63,632 nucleotides of DNA from the NCBI RefSeq assembly GCF_001194135.2, contig NC_068982.1:67832907-67896538 (forward strand), in the 5' to 3' direction. The position numbers were made by a program, and so were the translations under genes. Of this stretch, positions 1 to 13,632 are shown piece after piece; the stretch's first letter is position 1; each line of letters begins with the position of its first letter. The notes under the pieces were generated by a model, which saw only the letters and a program-made list of their open reading frames with translations, had not been told where the DNA came from and ran no database searches. This stretch comes from Octopus bimaculoides (lineage: Eukaryota).

Positions 1-120
1 GAAATAAATACAATAAAAGTTTGTTCAGTGCTTATATAATCAATAATAAATATATGGATGGATGAAGTATGAATAAAAAAAAACATACTTCGGAAAAGCT
101 CTTCGTTAAATTAAATATAA

Positions 121-176
<56 letters not shown>

Positions 177-187
177 ACACACATACT
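121..187. repeat. (AC)n microsatellite
   Basis: Direct reading; representative of dozens of (AC)n/(AT)n tracts that generate the HT/CV/YI-repeat pseudo-ORFs in the ORF track. Confidence 0.95.
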
Positions 188-1367
188 ACAAGGAAAAACA
201 TGCACAGTCACACACATATATACATGCAGAAAACATACGAAAACATGCGTGTTGCTTTTGCATATGTGTTTACTTTAGGTGTGTACAGTTATATATATAT
301 ATATATATCTAAGAAAGTTAGGAGTTGTGAATACAACCCACTAAAGGATAATATCTATCCAATATACTGCTTGAAGAATACCCAATTATCATTGCACTAG
401 TGTTTTTTCATTGCATGGCAATTACATTGCCAAGTGCAATAAATGGGTGCGGGTAAAAAGTTATTTTACCATTAATCTATATAGCAATAAGAAAATGGAG
501 GGGATTAATAGGTGGTATTCATCAACTTGCAGACATTGTATTATGTCAATTTACTTGTTTATTTGTTTACTAAAAAGATAATAATAACAATATACAAACA
601 CATGTGAATATTATGTCATATCATTAATTATAAAAATGACATATAGTAAAAGAAAATGGGATAAAATCTTACAGCTGTTTCGTCCAGAGGTGATATGCCT
701 CACTCTATCTTTATCACTCCAGTCGACTGAAGTAATTGNNNNNNNNNNNNNNNNNNNNNNNNNNNNNNNNNNNNNNNNNNNNNNNNNNNNNNNNNNNNNN
801 NNNNNNNNNNNNNNNNNNNNNNNNNNNNNNNNNNNNNNNNNNNNNNNNNNNNNNNNNNNNNNNNNNNNNNNNNNNNNNNNNNNNNNNNNNNNNNNNNNNN
901 NNNNNNNNNNNNNNNNNNNNNNNNNNNNNNNNNNNNNNNNNNNNNNNNNNNNNNNNNNNNNNNNNNNNNNNNNNNNNNNNNNNNNNNNNNNNNNNNNNNN
1001 NNNNNNNNNNNNNNNNNNNNNNNNNNNNNNNNNNNNNNNNNNNNNNNNNNNNNNNNNNNNNNNNNNNNNNNNNNNNNNNNNNNNNNNNNNNNNNNNNNNN
1101 NNNNNNNNNNNNNNNNNNNNNNNNNNNNNNNNNNNNNNNNNNNNNNNNNNNNNNNNNNNNNNNNNNNNNNNNNNNNNNNNNNNNNNNNNNNNNNNNNNNN
1201 NNNNNNNNNNNNNNNNNNNNNNNNNNNNNNNNNNNNNNNNNNNNNNNNNNNNNNNNNNNNNNNNNNNNNNNNNNNNNNNNNNNNNNNNNNNNNNNNNNNN
1301 NNNNNNNNNNNNNNNNNNNNNNNNNNNNNNNNNNNNNNNNNNNNNNNNNNNNNNNNNNNNNNNNNNN

Positions 1368-1687
1368 GAGGTTGTGTGCGCTTTTCCGCGACACTCCACC
1401 CGCATCTAACGAAGAGGACTGCTTCACTGACCTGGGCCGCCGACTATCCCAGTAGACGCCTGCTCCTGGCCAGTTCCAAGCAGTTGATCTTTTTGCGGGC
1501 GCCTGCCAGCGCGCTGTGGACCGGTTTAACTTTTCCAGGCGTCCTTTTCGACTCAACATCTCCCCAGCCGAACTCTCGGCCCTTCGATCTCTCCGACGCC
1601 GCACTGACATCATTATAAAACACGCCGATAAGGGTGGAGCCGTGGTGGTATGGCGCGCGGACCTCTACAAGGCCGAAGCTCTCCGCT
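1368..1687 (+). mobile_element. Penelope-like retroelement N-terminal fragment
   Basis: Translation through one stop gives ...LNISPAELSALRSLRRRTDIIIKHADKGGAVVVWRADLY; the IKxADKGGxVVV motif precedes the RT in Penelope-like elements. Starts at an assembly gap. Confidence 0.75.
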
Positions 1688-2522
1688 TCGAGTAAAGTTA
1701 TTTGGTTGTAGACTTCTTTTGAGTCCTTTTATTACCACTGAGTCAGAGATAGTTCCCAGATGGTAACATTGATTTCAAGGCCTTTCCAGATAAGTGACTG
1801 GTCATTCAAAGACATTTATAGATTGCAAATCTATTCTGTTCAGTTACCCATCGGCATAGTGATCATTGGCAAACTCCAGAGGTGACACTTTCATTTCCCC
1901 TTAGCCCTCACGTCACACAGTTGTTAATGCTTATTTGAGTTGGGTCATACCCTTTCAGTTGCTATAGATCCGTAATACATCTTATTACTGTGCCGGTTAC
2001 CTGTATTGTGAGGAATCTTACATTAGGAAGTGGTAACGACTAGGGTAGGTTAGCTGACTGCTTATTGTGATCATTCGTCTTTTGGTTTCCTCTAGATTTG
2101 CTCTCTTTTACAAACCCAGTGAACATTAATATATTTTCAATTTCATAGAAATTTAAACAATAGATATGACACATGTTAAAATAAATCCCCAACAATTCAA
2201 CTTTTCTCTGGTTTACTTTAAGACCCCACCTAATAGGGACCTCAACTCTCGCATGTTAGAGCTCCATGTACTCCATCTGCTCCATTTTTCAGGAGCAAAA
2301 CCTTTGAATAAATTTTACAAGATTTGGATTTTGGAATCTGGGCATAAAGACGAGTATTATGGGATAAATATAGCATGATTAGAATTTTTGTTTGAGTGTG
2401 TAAAGAGAGAAAGAACCCTCATTAAAATTCTTAACCTCCAATTTTGCTGAAATTCGAATCATAGGTATTCTAGTTCATTAGAGAAAATATAAAAGAAAAG
2501 TGTAATTCTTCAATGCCATTTG

Positions 2523-2546
2523 ACATGGGCAAACCGGGTATCTCTG

Positions 2547-2551
<5 letters not shown>
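2523..2551 (+). mobile_element. Helitron-type 3' terminus (GC-rich hairpin-like segment + CTAG|T)
   Basis: GGGCAAACCGGGTATCTCTGCTAG|T; near-identical terminus at 25151-25179 and a related one at 21019-21047. Confidence 0.55.
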
Positions 2552-2584
<33 letters not shown>

Positions 2585-2877
2585 CATACATACACATAAA
2601 TACAATTAATATGTACGTACACATAGTTACGCTCACACATGAATATACTTATTTCATCCTTTAATGTGACTGAAGGGAAGAGAGTTTCGTACGTAGCACT
2701 TATCAGCTTGATTTAGTTTGGTAAGTGCCACAAATAATATATATATACATACATAAATATTTACAGTAATGCTTTGATATACGAGTTAATTCGTTCTCAG
2801 AGACCGAATTGCGCACATACATATATGTATGTATGTGCGTATGTGCATATATGTGTGTCCGTGTATATGTGTGTATG

Positions 2878-2913
<36 letters not shown>

Positions 2914-3202
2914 NNNNNNNNNNNNNNNNNNNNNNNNNNNNNNNNNNNNNNNNNNNNNNNNNNNNNNNNNNNNNNNNNNNNNNNNNNNNNNNNNNNNNNN
3001 NNNNNNNNNNNNNNNNNNNNNNNNNNNNNNNNNNNNNNNNNNNNNNNNNNNNNNNNNNNNNNNNNNNNNNNNNNNNNNNNNNNNNNNNNNNNNNNNNNNN
3101 NNNNNNNNNNNNNNNNNNNNNNNNNNNNNNNNNNNNNNNNNNNNNNNNNNNNNNNNNNNNNNNNNNNNNNNNNNNNNNNNNNNNNNNNNNNNNNNNNNNN
3201 NN

Positions 3203-3235
<33 letters not shown>

Positions 3236-3929
3236 GTGTGTGTGTGTGTGTGTGCATATATATATGAGAGTGTTTGTGTGTGTTTTGGTGTGTGTCTGCG
3301 TGCATGTGTTGTTTGTTTGAGCATACGTGTGGATGCAGTTCGTATATGTGTAAATACATATTAAATTATTTTATATATAAAGTAATATATTATTACATGT
3401 GTGTATTTTTTTTAAAGATAGATTACTATATTTAGCCAACAGTTTCTTCACACATTCATGTTTATTAAAGATTATATAACCACGAAAGCAACTTTTATTG
3501 CATGTATTTCATTTTACCTCTGTCTGTACTAACCAAGCGTTAATTACCTCCCATTTATCAATTATCGTTAATTATAAACATATTTCAATTAATGACAGAA
3601 TTACTTTGATTTTTAATATTTTCATGCTATTTCAAGTCAAGCATAGATCTGAAGTTTGTTCACACTGTGCAGTTTCAACACTTTTTCGTCAATGTATAAT
3701 TTCTTCATAACAGAAGTTTAGAGACAACAGCCCTTGAGTAACGCGGGGTTGTCATCTATGAGGTCACGAAAAGATTCTGATAAACCAGCTATTTGATTGA
3801 TGGATTAATCAAACAATTAGTTAATTGGCTAAATGGTTGAGTAGATCTCTAATAATAAACAAAGGAAGCGAAACAGAGACCAACTTGCGTTTCTTTTGTA
3901 GAATAATCTATTCGCAATATGAGGATTAC

Positions 3930-4005
3930 ATACCACTCTCCTATAAGTTGTGAAACTTGGACTTGTATCGTTGCGACATCAAAAAGCTCGAACGCTTTCA
4001 TCAAT
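3930..4005 (+). mobile_element. RTE-like LINE RT C-terminal fragment
   Basis: Frameshifted translation SCETWT-LYRCDIKKLERFHQ resembles the LLYGCETWT...KLERFHQ segment of RTE-clade ORF2. Confidence 0.55.
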
Positions 4006-4399
4006 TGTACATACTTACATATATATGGATACAGATATGCATATATGGGTACAGGATGTCATGGAACGTAAACAACATGAAATTCAAAAACAACATGAAA
4101 TACGAAATACAAAAACATGGAATACGAACTTTTTTGTGAACAACGATAGAAACAAATGGAAAACAAGACAAGTAACATCTCAGCAAATGCCTACAAATGT
4201 AGTTTACTTAGCACATCAACAACAACTTGCAACAAATATAACAAACGTTCAGAGAAAAATGAACTGGTCAATTGAAGGTCTGGCAAAAAATCTTACTGAT
4301 GAACCTTTCCAGGAAGAAAATATTCTTCATATAATGCCACAACATAACGCAGGAAGTCTTTTTTCATCTGTTTGTCCGTACTGAAAAGCTTATCATTGG

Positions 4400-7300
4400 C
4401 CTCATAAACTCAAAACTCTCTGCTGTTTCCAGGGAAAAGTGAAACTCACTCAATTACCTCCTGCTCCATCAAATATACTGAAATATTTCGATATCACTCA
4501 AGCAGGAAATTCTTTTCTCAGTAATATACGTGCACATAATAATGTGCTTACCTTAGCTTCAATTGGTTGCGAAGAGATTAGAGCAACAGGATTTAGTGTC
4601 CCGTTTAAGATCCAAGGCATGGTTTATCATATTATTAAATTATTATTTCCAAGTGATGCTTCACCCAAGTTTGCGCAGCTAATTTGCTCAGCTAATTTGG
4701 ATGTTGTCATCCTGCAGAACCTGCAAGAAGATTTGCACTATTACAGCACATACATAAGAAGCTTCAAAGCAGTCATTGAATTACTAGACCCCGAAAATGT
4801 GAATATTATTCTATATGCTGAAAAAAAGGTAAAGCCCATTGATTTCCATTGTCGCACATACAGTCTTCCCATGGCATAAGAGATTGCTGTTATTGAACCT
4901 GATATAACATTAGGTCTCTTGGATATCATTCTTCATAAAAGAGATGGTGGTCTTCAGAGGATTCATTAGATGCACCGTTCTTATGATCCTCTGCATTACT
5001 GTTACTGTTTCCTTGGGGGAATGATGGGTTTCAGGTTGGTTTGAAAAAGATTGACAACAACCACACACTCATACCTACTGATTTCTACTGTTATCGGTTA
5101 CAGGTTAGGCAATGTGACTAGCATTATCATGGATAGAAGGCGACTCATGCAGCAATAAACTGTAGATGCTCTGGCAAAAATAGGACATTGTCGCCTTACT
5201 TGGGCTCAAAATAATCAAACCATGATACGAGCTGAAAAGTATAAAGGTTTTTATGATGCTGTGGCTGAAGGAGATTCAGAAAATGCAGGCCGGAAAATTG
5301 TTCTTCTACCTTCAATCTATGGTTTCCCTCGCTTCTACGATGAGTGCTTCCAAAACTCAATGATTGTGGTTCAATATATGGGAAAGCCATCTTATTTCAT
5401 CTCAGTGACAACCAACCCTAAATGGGATGAAATAAAATAAAAACTAGAGTGCACCCCAGTAACCTATGGACTGTTCTGATATATGTGCAAGAGTCTTCAA
5501 GATCAATTATGACAGCCTCATGGATGATATACTAAAGCAAAATATCTTAGGAAAAGTAGTGGCTCATTCTGCTACAGTAGAGTGGCAGAAACGAGACCTC
5601 ACTCATGCTCATATTCTGCTGATAATGACTGAAGATAGCAATCCCAAGACTGCAAATGCCATTGTTTAAGTAGTTTACTATGAAATTCCTTATAAAGTGA
5701 CTAATTCAATTCTTCATAAGATCATCACATTCTGCAACATTCGTGGGCCATGTGGACAAGCTAATATGATGTCTTCATGTATGGAAGGGCTAGGACAACC
5801 ATGCCATTGCTCTAAAGGTTGTCTTAAGGCATTCAGACAAGCCACATTTGTTGCCAAAAATTCATTTTCTGAATATAGAAGGAGGGATAGACAGTATGGT
5901 GGTCATTCCCATACAATCCAATTTGAGGTCAAGAATTCACCGTTGATAATCATTGGATTGTTCCATACAACCCTTTCCTGTCATTGAGATATTAATTCCA
6001 CATCATTTGTCAAGGCTGTTAAGTGTTTATATAAATACATCAAGAAAGGATCAGACAAGATCACTTTCACTATTAAGGATGATCAAGATAATTGTGTCCA
6101 TGCCAAAAATGAGATTGAAATTTATATTATGCACGGTACATCTCAGCCAGTGAAACATTCTGGAGAACTTATAAATTTCCGTTTCATCATCGCAAATCTC
6201 CAATTGAGAAACTGCCTTGCCATTTACCTGGCAAACAAATGGTAGTACATCAGCAAGTACAAGAAGAAAGTGTTGTTTCTAGGGGACAGCCACTGACTAA
6301 GCTGACTGAATATTTTCAGCTGAGTATTAGAGATCCAATGGCAATGAAACATATTGTATATTGATATACCAAAATATTATACTTGGACAAACAAAAAGTG
6401 GTAAAGAAGAAAAAAGGGGCATCTGGATGGTGATGAACAATTTATGAGTGAATCTCTTGGACGCATTCCAACAATATCTCTCAGTAGACATCCGTCTGAG
6501 TTGTATTACCTAAGAATGATCTTACATCACAAGGTTGCGTCAACTTCATACAAAGATTTGAGGACAACTGATGTAATTGAATTTCCAACATTCCAAGAGG
6601 CATGCAGGAAACTTGGTCCGTTGGAGGAAGATGAACAGAAAGACAAAGCTATGGAAGAGGCCGCATTCACTACATTTGGACATCAGCTGCGAGAGATCTT
6701 CAGCACCATCTTATTGTACAACATGGAAGATGATCCTCTGTAATTCCGGGAGGAATGGAAGAATTGTCTTGCTGAGGATATCATGCATGAACATCATGAG
6801 CAAGTCATGTCAGAGCAAAGCGTGCAGATTGTTCTACAGAAGATCCAACAAAGACTTCAACATGAGGGCTTGGACATCCGTGTAAACTATGTATTTCCTC
6901 GGCCAGACCCAACTATCGTTACCACACCAGCACTCAGTAGGGTTCTTATGGTAGAAACAGATTTCAATACACAACTGCAAGCAAACATAAATGAAGTTTT
7001 GCCAACATTGTATCCTAAAAATCTACGAGTTTTTTTCACAAAGTCGTAGTTGTTTTTCACAAAGTCGTTACCTCAGTAAATGAAAATGAAGGTAAAATTT
7101 TCTGTTTCATTGAAAGTGCAGGTACAGGAAAACTTACGTCGTCAACATCATACTGGATTACATTCGATCTCAAAAGAATATTGCACTTACAACCGTCATA
7201 TCTCGAATACCAGCCACTTTTCTTCACAGAGGTAGAGCTCCTCATTCCAAATGCAAGATTCCTATCAATGTAACTGCTGAATCAACTTGCACCTCCACAA

Positions 7301-8442
7301 TGAAGGATGCCACAAGTAAACTAATGCAGCAAGCTGACTTGCTAATTATTGATGAGATAAGTATGGGGCATAAACATATCTTCGATTAAATTGACAGGAG
7401 CTTGCAAGATGTTCTGGATTGCAATGAGACATTTGGTTGTCTAACAGTATTACTATCTGGTGACTGGAAGCAAATTCTTCCCGCTGTGCATCATGGTGCT
7501 AGACCACAAATAGTTGAGGCAACTATCAAGAGATCTTATCTATGGGACTACGTAGAAACTCTGGAGATGACAACCAACCAATGTTTAATTAATGCAGGGG
7601 AATATGATGAAAGAGTTCTCAAACTACCTTCTTGGTATTGGAAACGGTAACATTCCGACTTTACTAACTTTAGGTGTGTTCACAATTCCTCTGCCAAATG
7701 AACCTTGTCTGGAATATGGTGATCTATCTGAACTGTGCTTTTTTGTATATACAAATCTTCAAGGAAACTACTCAAACCCTCTATGGCTTGCAAATAGAAC
7801 CGTCATCACTCCAACAAATGAAGTAGTAAGATTGATGAATTAATTCATGTTCAACAAGTTCCCTGGTCATGAAAGAGTCTACAATACCTCTGACACAGTA
7901 GATAATTAACTGCAATATCTACTCGAGTTCATCAACAAACTTACACCATCAGGCTTCCCAACACACATTCTTAAACATTCTTAAACTGAAGAAAGGTATT
8001 TGCATCATGCTTCTGGGAAATCTGGATCCTTCAAACGGACATTGCAATGGCACGCGCTATATCATCAGCTTACGTAATCATGTGATTGAAACTGAAGTGG
8101 CTTTGGGGCCCAATGCTGGAACCAGGCTGCTTATCCCACGTTTGCTTCAACTATCTCAAAGGGCTTGAGCTTCCTTTCTCCATTACGCGCGAGCAATTTT
8201 CTGTCAAACCTGCCTTTGCCCTTACATGCAACATAGCACAAGGGCAGACATTTGACAAGATAGGTGTATATCTACCAACACAATTCTTGGTACATGGTCA
8301 GATGTATTTTGCATTATCAAGAGCGTCAAGAAAAGAAAATATAAAAATATTAATCCAGATAAATGAAACGGGTCCATTTGCTGACGATTGTGTCTACGAA
8401 GAAATTCTACAGTGTTGTGAAACATTCATTACTCTCTTTTAA
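4400..8442 (+). mobile_element. Decayed autonomous Helitron (Rep/Helicase pseudogene)
   Basis: Collinear fragments: CCFQGKVKL Zn-binding motif (~4420), YFISVTTNPKW (Rep motif 1), EWQKRDLTHAHILL (HUH motif 2, ~5580), ELYYLRMILHH, SAGTGKL (Walker A, ~7115), LIIDEISM (Walker B), GDWKQILP, NGHCNGTRY, FALTCNIAQGQTFDK and HGQMYFALSR of a PIF1-like helicase; many stops and frameshifts. Confidence 0.92.
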
Positions 8443-10177
8443 TTGAAATGTATTTAAGTTTCTTTTTAATTGCTAGGAAAGGGACACTAGAGACACTTAA
8501 GAAGTCCATAAGTGAATATAGTAAAACAACAATATAGCAAAACTCAACTCTTCATACTGGTAAATGTAATTCATTAATTCCCACCAGAGCATCTATTTTG
8601 AAATTCACTCAAGTGAATATTCATGAACATTTTCCCTTGACAGTCTCTACACTTTTCCAATTTTCATTATCGTCTTTTTAAAATGTATCATGGATTATTT
8701 TACTGATTACAGAATAGACTATAACAGAGTCTTTGTTCAATTCATGTGCAAATTGTCAATTTACTTTATAATTTATATATCACATTTATACATATATATA
8801 ATATCAATATGCACAATACTTATGCTGGCAGAAAACCGCCCTCCGATTTAATTAATGAATCTGTCAGCCATAAATGTGTAATTCTAGTTTACCATTTTAT
8901 GGCTTCTTGTAATATATAGCGTGAGTAACCTTTATGCTTTTCGTTGATATTAAAAGAAAAGAAAAAATTTGTGAAATATCATCGCGGATTTAGAATTGAA
9001 ACATGAAAGATATCCAAAAATTGTTGAGTATAAAATGAAGAAATCTATCTGGTTTAGACAACTTAGAATTCGCTATACTTAGAATTCGCTATATTGATGT
9101 CAAAAGCTAAATTCTTTTATAAATTTGCCGCGTGAACGTGACAATGTTATAGATTATCGAAGTTAATACATTTTATAGAATAACAAAGAAGACAAAATAG
9201 AAGTTTAAATCTATTTTAGTTTATTTTCTATATTTTTAGAAATCAATAGTCGCATCATATTTGCAATTTGATTTTACAAGAATGATAGTTTACAATATTT
9301 TCCAGTAAATGTAATTTTACAGAAATTAATGCAATTTATTGACATGAAGTAAGCGCACATAATAAAAATATGAAAAAAATAGCATATTTTGAAAATTTAA
9401 GAGTCAGCAAATAAAGGCAAAAGCATTTTGGTGTATGTTTAATATAGATAACGTATACTTTATATATTGGGTAGCTTTTAGCCTCTTGTCTATAAAAGTG
9501 GAAAAAAAATCAATAAATATCATGCTAAACCGTAAAACTAATGTTTTCGGGTGTACCAATTTCCCAAGATCAAAAATTATGATTATATCGAATAAAATAT
9601 GGTACATGTGCAACTGTTAGTTTCCGGTTAGTAGTAAAATGCCAATTTGGGTTGACTCGTATGATCTGAAATAATCATTCATTTTCAAGGTCCACAAAAT
9701 TGGAATGTTATTAAAGATTATGTATATATTCTTTCTAAGATATATATAGTGATACAGCTTTCACTCTGATGCAGATCTCTTATTAATAAATAAGGCAATT
9801 TTTTTCTGAGGTATGGCGAAATAAACTGTGGTATTTTAGCTTCTCAATAGACGAACTAAATTACACTGTATCCCAACAGAATTAAAGAGTCATATAGAAG
9901 TGCATTTAGGTGTATACACGAATAAGGTAGAACAAACGGCTGAATGCCGAACTAAAAGCTTTTTATCTTTTATTCTTTTCACTTGCTTCTGTTGTTAGAC
10001 TGCGGTCATACTGGGGCACCACCTTGAAGGATCTGAGACGAATGAATCAACCCTAGTAGTTATTTTTCTAAGACTTCTACTTTTACTATCGGTCTCTTTT
10101 ACCGAACACTAAGTTACGGGGACGTAAACAAACCAATAACGGTTGTCAAGTGGTGTGGAGGGCAAAGCTACACACAC

Positions 10178-10219
<42 letters not shown>

Positions 10220-10479
10220 CCGACGAACTTCTTTCAGTTCCCATCTACCAAATCCACTCATAAGGCTTTGGTTGACCCAGGGCTATAGGAGAAAACAGTT
10301 GCCCAATGTGCCATGCTGCGGGATTAGTCCCAAAATCGGGAAAATATTTGACACCAGTTAATTTCGTCTCTCTGAATTCAGATTTTATTAAGACGACTTT
10401 TCCATTTTAGGCATACACTGGAATTGAATCCATCCAAGTATACACCTCGTTCAAATTTGTAGTCTTACGCACATGTATG

Positions 10480-10867
10480 AAACCACTAGATGTTGTTGTT
10501 GGCACTCCGTCGCTTATGACGTCGAGGGTTCCAGTTGATCCGATCAACGGAACAGCCTGCTCGTGAAATTAACGTGCAAGTGGCTGAGCATTCCACAGAT
10601 ACGTGTACCCTTAACGTAGTTCTCGGGGATATTCAGCGTGACACAGTGTGACAAGGTTGGCCCTTTGAAATACAAGTACAACAGAAACAGGAAGAAAGAG
10701 TAAGAGAAAGTTGTGGTGAAAGAGTACAACAGGGTTCGCCACCATCTCCTGCCGGAGCCTCGTGGACGTTTTAGGCGTTTTATGTGTTTTTTGCGGTCTG
10801 AGAATCGAAACCGCGACCCTATGACCGCGAGTCCGCTGCCCTAACCACTGGGCCATTGCGCCTCCAC
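10480..10867 (-). mobile_element. tRNA-derived SINE
   Basis: Minus strand begins GTGGAGGCGCAATGGCCCAGTGGTTAGGGCAGCGGACTCGCGG...GGTTTCGATTCTC (A box TGGCCCAGTGG, B box GTTTCGATTC) and ends in an (AAC)n tail. Confidence 0.8.
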
Positions 10868-11183
10868 TAAAACCTCTAGATATATTAAAGGATTTAATTA
10901 ATTGCTTCGCCTGATTTTGTCGTTAGTTTAAGTCCAACAAGGTTAAAAATAATACTAATGTATTGGGTCAGTCCATTCAACTATCACTCCTTAGCCCTAG
11001 CTGATTTGAACTTGCCTGATTTATTTATTCTAATGAAATTAAACCGTCAGGAAATATAGTTGTGCTGATTGGTTACATTTTTTATTCTCATTATCAAGAA
11101 ATAAGTTCGATATTTTCAGATTATTCTTTATTTATTGTCTGCCAACAATACATTGTATAAAACATTATTCGAATGGTCAACTT

Positions 11184-11543
11184 ATGCATCTTAAAGGTAC
11201 GCTGGAAAAACCGTTTGAATGTATCATTTGCGGGATGGAATTTTGGCGGCAATATCATCTGGAACGTCATCGTTTAAACCATTATGGAAAGAAACCATTT
11301 AAATGTGACTGGTGCGGTCACCATTTTTCACGGAAGGACCACTTATTAAGACATACCAGGAGCCACACGGGTGTTCGACCTTACCAATGCAATATTTGTA
11401 TGGCCTTGTTTACCCGGAGTGACCATATGGGGAGACATCGGTTAATCCACATAAAAAGCAAATATTCTTGTTTTATATGTAAGAAAGCATTTTTGAAAAG
11501 AGAGCGTTTTATTAAGCATATGTTGAAGCATGTAAACTTTTGA
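11184..11543 (+). CDS. C2H2 zinc-finger protein (4 fingers), probably a terminal exon
   Basis: Four CxxC..HxxxH fingers with TGVRPY/GKKPF linkers and no stops. The frame is open upstream to a TTTTCAG acceptor at 11117-11119, and AATAAA lies at 11647-11652. Confidence 0.88.
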   Translation: MHLKGTLEKPFECIICGMEFWRQYHLERHRLNHYGKKPFKCDWCGHHFSRKDHLLRHTRSHTGVRPYQCNICMALFTRSDHMGRHRLIHIKSKYSCFICKKAFLKRERFIKHMLKHVNF

Positions 11544-13169
11544 CTTCATTGAATTTTTCTATATACTTATGAATTCAAACATTCAAAATTTACTTTTTCC
11601 TTAAAGAAAAAAGGCATGTTTTTTTCTTCTTTTTTTTTTTACGAGAAATAAATTTGAACTTGTGTCATTCGTGCATTTCTTAAAAGTATTATTACTGAAA
11701 TTGCTTCCAGCTATATTATATATACACTGTCTAAAATGTAAAATCTAACACTGTTATGTATCCCTCTATTTTCAAGCATATTAATGTAAACTGGAGGTTG
11801 ACTGAGAATCTAACTATAATTCGTGTCACAAGATTGTGTGTGTGTGTGTGTGTTAGATGACTTTATGTGTTCAAGTGTTATTTCGTGCTAAGAAAAGTAT
11901 CAAATTTACGTAATTCAAGAAAATATGCTTCAATATAATTTTAAGTTTAAAAGCAACTAAAAAGAACATACAGGTTGGATAACCGAGTGAATGTGGCTTT
12001 TGAATATATTCGAACCCTATTAGAATATACAAAGAAAAAACTCGATAGTACAGGTGCACAATTATATAGACAACTTTTTTTGCGAGGTTTTTCTCTTTAT
12101 CTTCTGATTATATAACATCACGCATTTTCTTCGCTGTTATTGTTGAACACCTGAACGTTCGAATCCCATATGATCCTCATTGTTATATTCTTTCGTGTCG
12201 AAAAATATTTCCAAAGTTTTTGTTCTGTTTGTTTCCATTATTTCATATTTATAAGACTTGTTAGAGCGTCGTGAAGGATGATTTGTTCTTTATAGTCTGA
12301 GTTCGGATCGCAGAGCTCAGCATTGCCTTTCAAGCGCAGTTGTCGTCAGTATTGTCTAATCCTCTCTCCTCAAAATTACTGGTTTTCTACTAAAATTAGA
12401 AACCCATCCCTGGGGTATTTTTCCTTGTCCCAAAGTATTCTTGCAACTGTCTCTTAAATAATTGACGTAAAATAAACGTCAAGAACATTCGGTTATATCA
12501 ATTCCATAATATAATCCGAATATGATAATGATGCATTATCTCTTTGATAATCATGAGAGGCATTACTTTCCAGACATCTTTCAGTAAAGGTGATATAACA
12601 ATGAAAATTTGGTCATTATATCTCTTGACTTAGAATTTTGAAATTTTTTTTGTTCAATAAATAATGTTGATCTATTTTAACATTAAATATCTAAATAAAA
12701 TGTTGGCTCCTGACATAAAGGACAAAGCCATACTTAAGAGGGGAAGCCTATTTGATCGAGTCCATATTTCACCTGTACATATTTTATCAACCATATAGGA
12801 TGAAAAGTAAAGCTGACGGCGAAGGAATCGCTACAAACGAATTTAAATCCCCCAAGGAATACTTTACAAATTTCTAACCAAAACTGCTGTCCATTAAATT
12901 AAATATTCATATTTTAATTGTTAAAAGTAACGCCAAACAAATGTCTAGTGCAAAATGTGATCTGAAGTTGGTGTTACCTGCTGCAATAACAGGACCGCAT
13001 GCTTTTTACTCGTTGACTTGGATTACGGCCATGCTGGGTATCACCTTCAGAGATTTAGTCAAAGTACTCTTAGGTTTGGTTCTTATTCTATCGATATATT
13101 TTACAGAACTACGTTACAGCGCTTTTGAAGCATTGGTAGGGAAAACTCAAGACACACACACACATACAG

Positions 13170-13590
13170 TGGTGCTCCAGCATGGCCGCAGTCAAAGGAG
13201 TGAAACAAGTAAAGGAATAAAAGAAAGAATATATATATGTATATATATATTTTCTTTTACTTGATTCAGTCATTTGCCTGCGGCCATGCTGGAGTACCGC
13301 CTTTAGTCGAACAAATTGACCCCAGGACTTATTCTTTGTAAGCCTATTAGTTAATGTATCGGTTTTTTGCCGAGCCAATAAGGGATGTAAACACACCAGC
13401 ATCGGTTGTCAAACACAAATACACACACACATATATACAACGGGCTTCTTTCAGTTTCCGTCTAACAAATCAAATTACAAGGCTTTGATCGGCTCGAGAC
13501 TATAGTAGAAGACACTTATCCAAGGTGCCACGCAGAGGGAATGAATCCGGAACCATGTGGTTGGGAAGCATGCTTCTTACCACGCAGCCA
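13170..13590 (+). mobile_element. Interspersed SINE-like repeat with internal microsatellite
   Basis: Motifs GCGGCCATGCTGG, GACCCCAG.ACTTATT, CATCGGTTGTCAA and GGGCTTCTTTCAGTTTCCGTC recur at ~10010-10320, ~17340-17680 and ~41460-41620. Confidence 0.65.
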
Positions 13591-13594
13591 CTCT

Positions 13595-13632
<38 letters not shown>

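Noticed and set aside
611-1613. Long ORFs spanning N-runs (also at 2.7-3.4, 13.5-14.1, 27.4-28.2, 32.2-33.0, 45.9-46.7, 50.1-51.3 and 61.5-61.9 kb)
   Set aside because: Artefacts of assembly gaps translated as X; no coding evidence.
10790-10867. tRNA-like sequence with A and B boxes
   Set aside because: It is the head of a SINE; no proper acceptor stem, and it continues into SINE body and tail.
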